62,000 nucleotides of DNA, taken from contig NW_019091400.1 of the NCBI RefSeq assembly GCF_001949145.1, forward strand, positions 558,001 to 620,000. Direction: 5' to 3'. How positions within the stretch are numbered: the stretch's first letter is position 1; each line of letters starts with the position of its first letter. The translations under genes were made by a program, and so were the position numbers. The notes beneath the pieces were generated by a model. That model saw only the letters and a program-made list of their open reading frames with translations, ran no database searches and was not told where the DNA came from. This document shows, one piece after another, positions 24,221-39,200 of this stretch. Origin of the DNA: Acanthaster planci. Taxonomy: Eukaryota.

Positions 24221-27200
24221 GTAAGTTGAAGAGAATTTCAAGCTGATCAATGTTAGGCCTTACTGATTAGAAGTTCGCTTTTGTTAACGTGTGTTATGTC
24301 TCTTTTTTCACTTGAGTGTTGACCTGATAATGGCCACAACTGACGGCTTGTGCGCATTGCGCTGGCTATACCATATACGGACAACACTTGACAACATGCT
24401 TGATACCCCTGTGTACAAGCCTACGATGAGACTTGTCTGAAAAAATTGAACAGTTTAAAGTAAATGCTTCGGAATTTTTGTAGCTAAATTTTACTTTTTA
24501 CTTTACTCTTTAGGACATGTTAGTTGTTACGAAGTGGCTATCGTTATGGCATTCGTAATGCATTTCTCATTTTCTATCGTTACGGCACTGAACTGCGCAA
24601 GTGCGATGACGTAGTTGATCATCACTACGGTTTATATATTTTAAAATTACCTGGATTGCTGAACGCTTGTGGCCGAAGGGTCAAGGTGGAAGGTTTAGAA
24701 CCACTGGTGTGTGACTTTCGAATATATCCGTGCTTGGACTATTTAATTTTTTTCCCCTAACTTTCATGTTTTATACCATAATTGTTGTTTTTATGTTGAT
24801 TTCTAATTGTATAGGCCTAAACAGGAATCTTTTTTTCTTTTCTCATCGGAGGCTTGGGAGGATTTTTTTTAAAGGGAAATAAAGTCCGACATCTGCACTT
24901 AAGTTGGCGCGCTTGGGCAGTTGCAGTGCCGTAACGATAGAAAATGGGAGCTGCATTACGGCTGCTGTAACAACAGCCACGGCGTAATTGTTATCACTTC
25001 TGATGGCTGTGAAGACGTTAGGGGAAAAATAGTTGTCCTTATATCTGTAGCCGACATGTATATGGAGCTCTTCCTTTCAAACTTGAAGTTATGGGAAGTA
25101 TCGGTATGAATGGTGTAGGCCTAAATGACGTACATATATATGCAACAAACTTGGACAGAATTCCATATGCGGATGCCACCAATTTTTCCATACAGTGTCC
25201 TATTACTAGTAGTAGCCATCAGAAAGCAACATTGGTATTCATACTGTAAACTCTTAGAATTTTTCATGATTTTTCAGACCAGTCTCATACAGAACGTGTG
25301 CACAGGGTGTCAAGTGGCATCCATTTATGGAACTCTTTCCGTTTGAAAGAGGCAAATTTTGCATGTATTTTGTCATTCAATTATTTGACTAGGATCTGTG
25401 CATGGTCAGCACTGCACTGCAGGGAATCAGCACTTGAGGGTTCCCGGCCCGCAGCCTGGAAAACTCTAGAAAAAGTCACGGAAATTTGTTTTCATTTTCC
25501 AGGCCTGGAAAAGTCATGGAATTTTGTAAAAATGACTAAAGTCATGGAAAAGTCATGATTGAATTTAATTGCCCTTTAGGTGCCGGAACCCTGGCACTTG
25601 CAATGGCCATTTGATTTTTTGTCTTCTTTAAATTAGTACTTGGGATATTGGTACATAAACTATTTGTACATGAACATGTACATATTAATTTGTCTTCTTA
25701 GGCATCGTTTGCACAAATAACCATGCCTGAGACACTTGACACAGTTTTTTTGGTCCGGTTTGTGTTTGTGTTGGAAATATGTACCGTACATGTACCGGTA
25801 TACATTAACTGAGTTCAATAAAGGTAGACATTTTAGTTTTTAAAACTGGAGTCTGAATTTGTGCATTGCTAAATGATCACTAGATTGGATGTCATCTATA
25901 GGTAAGAAGTGTTTTTTTTTCAATCAAAACTAAAGTTTGCTGTTACAGTTAACTCAAATGAGTTTTTAAATTACTTGATCAGACGCAGTACCTTTAAATA
26001 ATACGTACATGTACGTGTACACATTGTACATGCACATGTATCTCAAGCCGATTGTTTAGTGCTTTATTGTGGACAAACTACAGTAACTTCCTGTGCACAG
26101 CAAAGTGTTGAGTCATACTAATATACATGTAGGCTATGGATATTTGACAGGTTCGTGGTCTAGATTAACCTCTAGAGACTAGAAGGTTCCTTGTGTGCCT
26201 TCTGGCAAAGTTACTTTCTACTGCCATTGATTCTTTCATCTTGCCTTGATAGATAAAAAACTTCCCCAATGGAACTCCATTTTCTCAGTCAAATATCCCC
26301 TTACCCCCCAAAAGTCACTGAGTCCGTCCCATACCGGTACATGTACATGTATCTCTCTGTAATTTTTTCAATGATGGTTTCACAACCATATGAATGACTA
26401 TGTTTAAAAAATTGGAGCTCCTTCCTATTCTTCTCATGACAATCACACTGTACACTTTGTATACATGTACAAACACCTGTACCCTCTCCGCATGTGTCCT
26501 GTCAATGATTGGCTGACCTCCATGTGTCAGCTCAACCACTTTGGGGATGGAAACTGTTTTCAACCATTCCCTTACAACACATTTTCTCAGATTAATCTTA
26601 AACAATTGCAGACTTTTCATCCTCTGCATATTATTATTTGAACGTTTACAATTCGGTGGGACGTTTACATGTACATGTAGGAATACTTGTACAGTACAAC
26701 TGTGGGTCCTATCCATTCACAGCTACTGGGTACACAGAGCAGTGTTTGGCGTGCGCCCTGCCGATATCAGTCATGAAGTGGTTGTGCCGTTGAGATCATG
26801 CTTGTACTATTGTACTGGCACACTGGCACAGTAACGTAATGTGCGCATGCTGCAGCGTGCGCACTTTGTCACAGGAAATGTGTATTTTTGTGAGATTAAA
26901 CTCAGTAGTAGTGCAGTTTCTGACTTTTCCTCGTTTTGTTTTTTTGCTTGGAAAAAAAATTCCTCTCGATCTATAAAGCTTGGAAAAAAATTGGAAAATA
27001 CCATGCATTTGAACATACGGTAGGATTCAATTTAAAACATTAATTTAAAAGGATAATCTTGTGACTTCTTGTAGAAAAAACTCGAAAATATTTCAATGTC
27101 TTCAGGGGGGTCAGATGTTGTAAACATACTTAGTGTGCTGCATGTTTTTGATCAAGTGTACAACACTGTACATGTAACTAAACAGGAAGGTTCATGTAGT

Positions 27201-30200
27201 AATGCATTACAACAGCGACAGATCAGTGGAGGAAATGCAGTTTCATGTAAACTGTAAGTATGTATGCATTTGGCTATAGATAACATGTACCACGTGTACC
27301 GGTACATGTACATGTACAGTAGTTCTATGTGATACTGTGCTACATGCACATACAACGTCTTGTACATGTACATGTACCGGTACATGTACATGTACAGTAG
27401 TTCTATGTGATACTGTGCTACATGCACATACAACGTCATGTACATGTACCGGTACATGTACATTGCAGCTTTTAGTAAGCATTTTGTATATACGTAATAC
27501 ATGTACATGTAAGTGAACTTTCTGCTCTGCACGTCGGCCAGAGCATGTGCTTTGTGTACAGTGTTCATGTACGTGAGCATGTACTGGTAATTTCTGCCAT
27601 ACATGTACATGCACCTGTTATCGTGATAATGTACATTTACAGTAGGTTTATGTTCTGATTTTCTGAACACACTTCAAGTGTCAAAATATGAGTTATAGTA
27701 CACTGTACATGTACTGCACGTGTACATGTACATGTATGTACTGGACAATATAATCTACACGTACATGTACGTATACATGTACATGTAGGATTTAATTTGG
27801 AGTGGCTTGTCGAGTGTCCAGGAATAGACTTTGTGTAGACTGAAAATGATCGTCAGTGAACCACATGAACCAATTTATGTCATGTTGTACATGCATATGT
27901 ATGTATGTGCATGTACATGTACCTCAGGCAAGGGTTTATATGGCGGTCAATTTACGGTAAATCCCATCTGGAATATTCATCAGGAAAGTGCAATTGATTG
28001 GAAGTGAGGTGACCAGTTGGTTCCAGGAAAAATATAGTGCCACATAATTACAATGTACAGTACATGTAGTATCGTTAAACTTTACCAGTACCTGTAAGTC
28101 CCTTTTTTTACCCTGCAGGAAAACTTCCTGAATTCCATGGAATTCCACTGCAGATTGTCGTGATTGCTTGTTATCAGTTCCCGATCCTCCATGTCCTTAG
28201 GAAAAAATAATGAAAATCGATAACTGGATGGTAAATCAGGAAGTGGTCAGCAGAAACTGTTCTTGATTTTATTCAGAAGTGTCCTGTGGTTAGAAACAAT
28301 TCACAGTTTCCCTTCAGATGCATCAGTGGGCACAATCTAAAAATGATAGGCACTTTTATGCATCTTGTTTGCTGTTTAGGGTTGAACAGATTGCCGTGTA
28401 AAAATATGCTTAGAAATACCGGGTACAGAAAAAATAACAGGTGCACACCATTTGCATCTGTTGCCTTGAACAATCAATATTACATGTATAATGTGGGACA
28501 TTAATGCTTTATTCTAAATAACATACGCGTGTATGTACATGTACATAGTGTACGGTTGTACTGCACGTGTACTGTTATGGTTATACTACATGTACACTCA
28601 TATGCCATAGTTTATTGTTAATTTACATAATAATTTAATGTTATCGGTATCATTTACATGTACATCATGATTAACTGTCAACTGCATGCAGTTGGACAGA
28701 ACATGACTTGTACCGGTGTACCTACTGGTAGTATACTACATGTATACTGGTATGGTGGCTTTTTGTTCAGGTTTCTCTCTTAGCCAGGTTTTTTTTGTTG
28801 GAGTCGAGAAAGCGATAGTTACGTCTTGTACATGTACATGTAGTTCGCAAATTCTGCGATACTGGTGCTGTAGATGTACATGTATCCAGACAGTTTATAG
28901 ACTTGGCCAGTGCAGAGCAACTCAGTATACAGTACTGCACACATGTACATACAGTACATGTGCACGTATGTACAACTTGTACTGTATGTACTGTAAATGT
29001 ATGCACTCTCGTTATGTACATGTACTTGTACATGTAGCTCTCATTGATGCTAGGTGGTGTCATTCTGATAAAAAGTGAAAGTATTATTGTAAAGGAAACA
29101 AGCCTACAGCCAGCCTGTCGAGTTCATGGTACACATGCACTACTACCGGTAGCATGACTAGGGTATTGCAACAGTCCGACGGTCTACAGGTTCCACATGA
29201 AGGCAAGAAAGCACAGTGGGCTCAGAACTTCTGTTTATGAGGGGAAAACCCGTTTATTTGGGCAACACAGTCAAAACTTGCCTGTCCGAAGACGCACAAC
29301 AAAACTGAACTCTTGAGGCCGCCAAAAGAACCCTCCCAGTGCTGGCGCGGCGGGGTCTCCCGGTTGGTCCAGCAAGGGCGCCAGCTGCACCACCGTGGAG
29401 TCAGACTGACATCCCCACCCAACCGGCCGGCCCCCGGCGCCACAGTATTGTACATGTATGTATTAATGTCATATTAACATGAAATGCACAAAATACATGT
29501 ACTACTGAGCATACCGGTATTAGGAATGAACGGTTTGAACAAGGGGTGAGCCAAAGTTTGTTATTAACATTAAGTCAGCTGGGCAATTCTGCTAATAATA
29601 TAATGCTGCTTAATGGACATTTCTAATGTTAATATTCGTGTTGTTCACAGGTTTGAATGATGAATGAATGCAAAACTTGGGTATGAGGTTAACCGTGACA
29701 TCTTTCGCATGAGAACTTTTGCTGAAATTATACCAAATATTGTGTACGTACATGTACTGTAATACGGATTGTATAATGTACATGTACATTGTATACTGAT
29801 CCTTAACCCTAACAGTCCCAAATCCTCTGATTTCAACATGATCTTTGTGGTGCACCCCAGGGGGAATAGGGATATTGTTTGTACCTTTTGTGCATACATG
29901 TACAGTACAAGAACACATACGTATTGTAAGTTTGTCATTTTTTCTCCAAATCTCAGTACTATCCATAAAGGGGTAAGGAGCTGCCCGGTATTATACAATT
30001 ACAGGACAAGTACTATATGACCATTCACTAAAATTTATCATCACTTGAGAAACAACAACTACAAAACAAAAAGGTTTGACTCCCAGTGTGGGACCTCAGT
30101 CACATACACGTAGGTCCAATATCCATGCTGAAAACCTGGATGTTCCCAAACATGTCCCAACCACATTGTTTTGCACACAGTGTGAACAGATTGAGTGCTC

Positions 30201-33200
30201 ACTTTAATGCATCTACCAACATGTTTATGTTCATACACGTGTAGACGTTGATGTTCAACATCACAACATCAAAGCCCAAAGCTAGTCCGGTTTCCAAATG
30301 TCAAACGAGGCACATGGCTAACCACATTTTCGCCCGGAGCGCATGTCTGCCACAGTCACCAGGTGCCCCAGCCTTTGCATCAGACCTGCCCAGCATTTCC
30401 CTGCTCTGTCCATAATTAGCTGGTAAGCGGACCAGCAAGAATCCGTCCGAACAAACTGGCTTCCCGCAGATCTTCATTAATATGGTGGACCTGTCTCTGC
30501 AGGAATTCTGCCTACGAAACTGGAGTACTGGGTTTAGTTTTCCATGAGTGGGAATTAAAAATGTAGGCCGCAATGCATGGTACTGGCAATGAAGGCAGCT
30601 TTGTGTACATGTTAAGCTTAGTACATGTATGTACCGTACTTTTTGTACATGGTACATACATGTACATGTACCGGTACTGGTTTGTTATAATTCATGTACG
30701 TGTATCGACTCAATGACTTGACTCAAGTCCGACTCGAGTCACAGTTTTTGGCGACTCGACTCAAGACTGGTAAATGATTTGAGTCTCTGCAACCAAATGA
30801 CTCGACTCAACTTCAATCTCTCATGGAGATGTGACTTGAGTACAAGCTTGTAAGACTAGAGTCTCAAAAAAATGAATAGTAAAATTTTAGTTGACTACAT
30901 GTAGCTGTCATCCTGATTTATTTTCAGCATGTCTAAATGAAAATAAAAATTACCGAAAAATAACTTACTGGTAGTGGCACATACATGTATGTATTTTCAG
31001 CATGTCTAAATGAAAATAAAAATTACCGAAAAATAACTTACTGGTACTGGCACATACATGTATGTATACAGTACATGACATGTACTGCGTGTTTTTATTT
31101 TATTTTGTTTAAAACTTTGTGACTTGAGTCGAGACACTGTATGTACATGTATCCGTACTTGTAGTCAAGTTGAGTCGAGTCAGGCTTCATTATTATTTAA
31201 ATCATAGTTGCTTGGAGATATATTACAATGTACATGTACATATTTTAGCCGGTCCATCATAGTGAATGGATGGAAAAGATACAGAGCAAAGTGTATCGTG
31301 CTCAGTCCTCCACATGTCCGTGTACATTAGAGTATAGTGGTACCACGTACATGTACATGCAGGTACTGGTGCAATGGTGCACACATTTATACTAAATTAG
31401 TGCACTGCGTTTTCATCCTCTTCAATAACTTGAGTTTACATGTAAGTTCTAGCATCAGTTTTTTCGTTTCATTCGTTTGTGTAAATTGTGTTTTTCTGTT
31501 GGTTCCTTGCGTGATACAGGAACCTGTTTCCCAAGATTGTCAGAAAATACCCTTGCCAAAAATAGACCTGAAACACTCTGTTTCACAGCTCATAAATTTT
31601 TGTTTAGCAACATTTGTCCCTTGTAGACCTGTGAGTCACCAAAAACATTTTTTTTGTTCATCAAGTTCCGGGTGTGTTCAGCAGTTATGAAGTCAGTGCC
31701 AGATGTTTGTTATGGAAAATAGGTTTTCTGAAAACAGGTTTTCAAAACTACTCAAGTGTGATATTAACTTGTACACACATGGCCTGGCTTTAAATAGGAG
31801 AAGGGAGACAACCAGGAACTCTATAACAATCAGCTTTGTCAAGTTTCCAGTTACAGGTACATGTATGTTGTCCAGGAGCTGAATGAAACATTGCACTGGA
31901 TTTTTAGAAATTTTATTCACATGTACATGTACTGGTACGTGTACATGTACAAATGCACATGCGTAGGTGTCAAATACCGGTATCGGAACAGTCCGCATGG
32001 CAACCATTAGAAATTTGTGTACGGACGGATGTTTGGCTGAATAGATGCTTGGAACATCAATATTTTTTAATCATGAAGTGTGCCTTGCACATGTATAGTC
32101 TCTTCTGAATCTGAATCGCGAATTCTCCTCTGTCACTGTACCGTACTTGTTTCTGTTGTTGGCCAAATAAATAATAATAAGAAGAAAAATAATAACAAGA
32201 ACAATCTTTATTTGTGAGCAAGGATGGTACCGTAAACATGTACATGTATCTTGCACTTTGACATCTGATGCAGCTGTACACATATACTGTACTTGTGGCT
32301 CCAGAAGCCCAGGTACGTGCACTGGTAGGTTATACACTTGTATGTGCTGGAAATGACAGTACACAGTGTTCCTTGCATTCCTTGAAATCAGGGGAAACCT
32401 GGAAACTGAGTTTCCACTTTCCTAGTCAGGAAATTTGAATGTCCCCCCAAGAAGAAATGAAAACCCTCAAAAACAGATCAAATCAGGGGAACATTGCAAA
32501 TCTTCCAATTTTACTGAATGAATTTTCAATGAAACCTCGATGCCTGAAACAGGACGAGGTTTAACTTTTACAACTCACCTCAAAAACTGTTAAGTGCTCA
32601 TCTGCCCTGATGAGTGGTTCGCACAAAACAACTGTGAAACAATGTCGGGTTGAAGGAGGGATTCAAAAAATCAAATTTTCAATCCTGTTCAGTCGTCAGC
32701 TCGCCCAGGGTTGAGTTCACCCCAGGTTGAGAGGCTGTAGTGATAAAAGACCTACTGTACATGTAAATTTTTTTTGCTCAGAAGAGATACAATGTTTCTT
32801 TACAGTGTCTTCAACAAACAGTGAATGCTCAATTTTGATTGGTCAATCCATAGCAACAAACAATGTGACGTACATGTACCACACACCCCATGTAATGCGC
32901 TGTTTTAACTTTTTAAAATGCAATGTGTTTTATTTTTACGCTGAAAGCAAAACACAGTTCTGCAAACTTTCCTGTCAAGTTTAAGGTGACGCATTTGTGC
33001 ACACATGTACAATGTACCTGTGCGTGTACAGTAGGCCTCCGTAAAATTTTTGCTGTGTGTCAAGTTTGCTTGAAGATAAATTCGTTGTCACGCTCACACT
33101 AGTGGAACACGGTATACGTTCGCCCTCATGGTCCTACATGTATAGGACACAGATGCACTACATGGACATCATTCTGTGTTCCATTCATGCTCATGTGATA

Positions 33201-36200
33201 ACTAATACCGGTACATGTACATGTGCGGTGGTACATGTACCGGTTTCAGGGCATATATCCAAGGGGGTGTGGGCCACGGGCAACGTGGGTCATTCCCCAA
33301 GTTAACAGGAGCCAAAAAACCTTCTTTTGACAAAGAAAAAAAGGGGAATCAATGGTTTGGCTCTACTAAGTATTTCATTTTTCCTGTTTGTAAAAAGCGT
33401 GTATACCGGTATGTACATGTACATGTACCGGTACGGTACATGTATTTTGAAAGCCTGCAAATGTACACGTACATGAGTCTGAGCACCCCTTAGAAAAGAC
33501 ATTCATGTACATGTAAAATGTGAAATGTACCGGTACAGTACACATGTACATGTACCACACAGGAACTGTAAAATCTCAAAATTTGAAAAGAATACGTGAA
33601 AAAGAGTGCATTTGCCTAAGCGTTCCGGTAATTGCCCAAGGAAGGTGGTACATGTACCAGTATGTACAATTTGCATACAATGTACTGGTACAGTACCGGT
33701 ACATGTGGCTAACTTAAGCTCTTGGCAAAATCTATGATTGTGTGCAATTGCTTTCAAGCCCTTTTGTAAAAAAGTACCTTCGTTCATACAGGATTTGATT
33801 TTGTAGCAGTTCATGCATTGCACATCAAGTGAATTCTTACAAATTCATTGTATCGCCACGTACAGTGTAGATTGTATTTTGATAACCTACTTTTTCTTCC
33901 CAATTTTCTCAAAAGGAAAGGTGTTGTTGATATACATGTACACACGGATGGTTTTTATGCCCCTGCTGTTACGGATCACTCGTATTTTGTCATGGTTACT
34001 GTTTACACTGATTTTCCTCAGTCGGTTTCAGTTTAATATTGATTGGGAAGAACCTTGTACCAGATGATAACCCAAGTGATCACATCTGTGGCACTATGAA
34101 GAGGGAGGACAATGTGTACTGTATCTATGGATTTCTATTCAAGTGCAGATGGCACAAGGCCTTTGGCAAAATAATCGATTATGGAAAGATTTGTCGAGAA
34201 AATATTTCATTGACCATGTGAATAAAGTTAGTGTGAAAAATGTACACATGTACATGTACATTGTAGACATGCCCATGCCTACTACCGGTAGTACATATAC
34301 CGGTACATTGTTGTACCGTACATGTATGCACAGTTCTCATACTCGGTTAACATTACCTTAATATGGATATTTCGTTGTTTCTCTGCAATACTTAACAAAA
34401 ACTCAGTGAATATACTTGTTTTTCTTCTACCACGAACATTCCTTCATGCTGGACTTTTTTATGATGATCTCCTTGATTGTTCCCTTTCATTTTGTGGCAG
34501 ATAACCCTGACCCCAAATACCTCTACAGAAGACTGTATATTTCAGAGAGGGGAAAATGTGTGGGCATGCGCAAGTGCACATAACGTCTTTGAACTCTGAG
34601 TAATGGGGACTGTGTCCATGTGAACCAAACCCTTTTTTGCTATAGCCACTTTGTGTGCTTTCATAAAAATTCTAGTAACGACAAATTTCCAAACTGAGTT
34701 TCAGGGTTGTTGGTATACAGTGTAATTATTAGTTTCTTCTGTTCAGGAAAATACAAAGCAATAAAAAAGCCAAAAAAGCAGAAGAACATTACTGTCAAAA
34801 TTGTCGTTTACTGTAAATATTCCAAAGTCCAATACCTACACTTTATCTGTCTTCATATACTGGTACATGTACATTGTACGTTCCAAGAACTGTAGTCAGT
34901 TACATGTATGGAATTCTCTTCCTTGTCATGTACTGGTATTTCCTGCCACTTCTGTTTTCAAAGGTGCAGTGAATATGTACTTAATGACTATGCTGTACCG
35001 TAGTTTATATGAAATGTAGTTTCTTGATGTGACTTCTACTGGGCTGAGTTTGTCATTTCTGATGGCAACACCAAGTCCTGAATTGATCGATTAAAAAAAA
35101 AGAAAAAAGAAAAAAAGAAATAGCAAAAGTGAAAAATTCACTGTGATTCATGGACCTGCCAACCCTCTCCCCAACTAAAGAAACATTCAACATGTACATA
35201 TACATGTACAATAAGGTTCTGTATTTCTAATATGAAAAATTCACAGAGATGCCATGAAAAGATCAATATTGCATGTATCTGAACTACATGTACATGTACA
35301 TGTATATGTACATGTACGATGACAATACATGTACATGTACACACACACATTACAAGACTCATGTACAATGACAAAACCGTAGGGTCGGGAAAAAAGTAAG
35401 AGAAACATGAGAAAGAGACTCATCAGAAACTGAAAAGTGAAGCTGTTTTGTTTAGAGAAGTGATCTGAAAATTTTGTTCTGCGGAGCAGCATACCAGCTG
35501 GGAATGAGTCAAACCGTGGCAATACCGGTACATGAACATCACGTGAGTGTGACATTTCGGTTGGTTACCCTGTTTGTCTAATCATATTTAGGATTTGTGT
35601 ACTGGTACAATGTACATATACATTCAACAGTTTGATGAAATTGGCCACAAATCCCAAGTGTCCATGGTCACTTCGACAAATAGTGCATTAAAATGAAAGT
35701 GTATGTGAATACAAATGAAGATGTTTTTCAATACGAACAGCAGTGCTTAATTTGCACACATGTACAGTACATGTACATAGTAAGTACATGTACATTGTAC
35801 ATTTTAAGTGAAAATACACTGTAAAGCAGGTTTGAACAAGTAGAATGCATGATTCATAAATTCACAGGTACATCTTTCCAAGTCAAATTTATTCAAGGTA
35901 TCACCTGACTCATCTTTTTAAATTAGCCATGATTATCCTTGCACTTTCCAGAAGTCTCAACCTAATCCATCATCCTGTCATCCTCATCCATGTCATCCAA
36001 ATAGGTACATTGTCCTTGTAAATTGAGCATTATACAACCACACATCTTCACCTCATCCAGATGCCCCACACCCTACCTACATGTAACACCTGTTGTACAT
36101 GAATGGGCAATTCCCTGGGGCTGTACCAGCAGTGTTCGAAACTCAGACTGAGAAACCCCAAGTTTGTGAGATTGTGGGCCCCACCCAACAAGATCAAGTG

Positions 36201-39200
36201 ATCATCAGGGAGGCCTTAAAAATGCATGCCTTTCCAAAAATCTAGCTTAATATGGGTAATTCCAGAAATTAGGGGACCATTTTGTCATGTGCCTGTTATA
36301 GTACATGTACCTGTTATAGTACATGTACAATCTGACATATGATTTTATAAGTTCAGAACACATATTCTAATTTCCAAGAGTGATGAATTAATGCAAATTA
36401 CTGTACCTGCCAAACAAAAAGTAATACATGTAGTTTGAAAACAATTCCAGTGATATTTCCATGTCAAATAACAAAGGTCAGATTTACATGTAACAGGGAC
36501 ACAAAAATGTCACACGTTTGGACCCCTAATTTCTGGAATTACCTGTATACATGTACCGTACATACATGTACTTGTACATGTACATGTACTGTATATATAT
36601 ATGTACAATACATTCATGTGTAAAATCCAGTAGTTAAACATTTTTTCAACAAGTTTTTTCTATTCAAGTGCATGTAATGTTTGTTGCATTTAATGTACTG
36701 GTAACTACATGTGCGGGTAGGTGGTATAGATGATGTAGGCCTAAAAATTGTATGTCAATCAAAATTAAGGCATCATAAATGTACATGTACAGTATGTACA
36801 TGAACATTTGTGTGCATACTTACAAAAAGTAGACAGATGCAGCAGTGTATATGCATGTACAGTGTGTACATGTACATGTACCGGGCACATATTGCTTGTT
36901 ATTATTTTCAATAGCTTAGCCATAGTAAACATTTTTCACCTCCAGAAGAAAGTTTACATTGCAAGTTCATATCATAACCCTAAGAAGTTTGAATCCCTTA
37001 ATTGCAGCGCAATTTATCACATTTCCATGTACCCACGGCATGAGGGTTAACAAAGACAGTGAAGGGTGAAAGAAAAACATCTCTGAATTATTCAGTACAT
37101 TTTTGAATTACATATACATGTACATTCGCTTTTAAACAGAGAAGAAAACTTAATTGACGATCAATTCTGTAGACAATGCACAAATTTAGTGTTTAAGTTT
37201 TCCTTTCTTCTGTCACCTCAAGATTTGGTTTGGTTTACCAAATGTGAGTACATGCACATCTGAGGGAATAATTTCAGGGGTGTTACCTCTACACACATGT
37301 GTCTTTGCAGGGTGTTACACTCTTATTCACTCTGAATAAGAACTTGCCTAGTCAAATTTTCGAGGATTGGAAATGATCCTTTAACAACCTGACAGTCTGA
37401 CACCCGTGGTATTCATAGCAAGAGAGCAGTATTGCTCACAGACTTGTGACTTGCCGGGCTGAGTTATAGTGTTACCACTTCTCTGGGATCAGGTGCAGCT
37501 GTTTTTGTCTTAATATTCCAAGACGCACATTCAGAATGGCACAGGAGCTGGCAGGAAGAAGGAATGTCACTGACCAGCAGAGTAGTCCGTGAATAGATTG
37601 TCTACATGTACATGTACATGTATGTACAGGTACATGTACAAAGTGTACAGGTGCACTGTACATGTACATGTACATGTATGCAAAAATATCTACTTGAAAA
37701 AAGTTAAAGACCACTTTTTTCTTAACTTGTAATTTTTTTCCGAGCAATGAGTGGGATCTAGTTCTTTCTTTTTTTTGTTTGTCTAGATGGTGTTCTCATT
37801 AGAATAAAAAATTTTAGAAAATGTTTCCAAACACCAAATGCACATTTTTAGCAGTAATATCTTATATAAAAAAAAGTACCGGTATACACAAAATAAAAAG
37901 TGGTCCTTAACTTGTTTTGAGAAGTATATTTGCAAATTGATACATTGACGACAAGGGGAATACTAGCATCTCACATGTGTCTATGTACATACATGTACTG
38001 TACACCGTTTTGGGTACAGTGCATATACGTGTACCGGGTATGTATGTACAGGTACTCACAAATTTGGCAGTGTCAGGAAGATATATTAATGCTAATTTGG
38101 ATTAAGTTTTAAATAATGGGTTGTGTTCAGCTACATGTAAACGTAGGGCTTGATTAATTTGTAACATGTCCTTGAGTCAAAACTTTAGGCTTACAAGAAT
38201 TTTGATTTCAAGATTCAATTCCACATGTGTGCACATTTCGTATGCAGCTCCCAGAAGATGTGACAATGATTAACATACTGTACATGTACTGGTTGTACAA
38301 TGCACACGTACATGTACATGTACATGTAAGCTTAAAAACAGCCTCAGGAATAGTTATACTGTGAATACATTTCTTTCCACCTCAAGATAACCCACATATA
38401 CCGGTACATGTACGTGGTACCGGTACTTGTACCATAATTAAGTAAAGGTGTGAAGTGGTACTTACCGGTACAGTACACAGATTTTAATGCTGTGGAAATT
38501 CAGCTAAAGTTTGTTCAGCAGGTCAGAATGTGTTTCGGTTTGTGGAACAGACTTATGAAACATAAGATTTTTGCCTGTAATAAGGTTAATTCAGATTACA
38601 TGTATAGGTACATGTACGTGTACATTAGCCTAACTTAAGCCCACCGTGGTTCTTGATTTTTTCCTCATCCTGGGAACAATGCTTAACTGGTAAGATGACA
38701 TGGCTTAAGGAAAAGTTGAAAAACTGATTTTTAGCTTAAAAGAAAATCCTAGACAAGTTCTCCTTTTTTTCAAATTCACAGAAAAGCTGGAAGAGGGAAA
38801 GACAAGAAACCACAACCAGTGACCACGCCTGACGAGCCCAAGATCTTTCTGGAGCCCAAGTATCTGGGAGCACAGATCATAGACTTTGATATCCGGGAAG
38901 TTGTACGGTTACCGAAGGGGCTTGATCTCAACGAGTGGCTGGGCTCCAATAGTGAGTATTGTCGGCAGTTTTTCAGTTGAGTCCATGAAAAGTCCATACC
39001 ACAAATTCAGCCGTAAGTAAATCAGTGGTCAGTTCGCAAATCCAATGACAAGCAACATGGGACTTGAAATTGACTTACATGTACATGTGTATACAGGTAC
39101 GTGTATATGGTACAAGTACGGTACTTGTGGAGACTTGATGGACTGGACTATCACATCAACTATTACAAGAGCCTAATAAAAGCAAGTCTGTCCTGAGCTA

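Noticed and set aside
29340..29445. GC-rich patch with CTCF-like ccagcaagggcgcc
   Set aside because: One base short of the consensus spacing; probably a TE fragment and not supportable from sequence alone.
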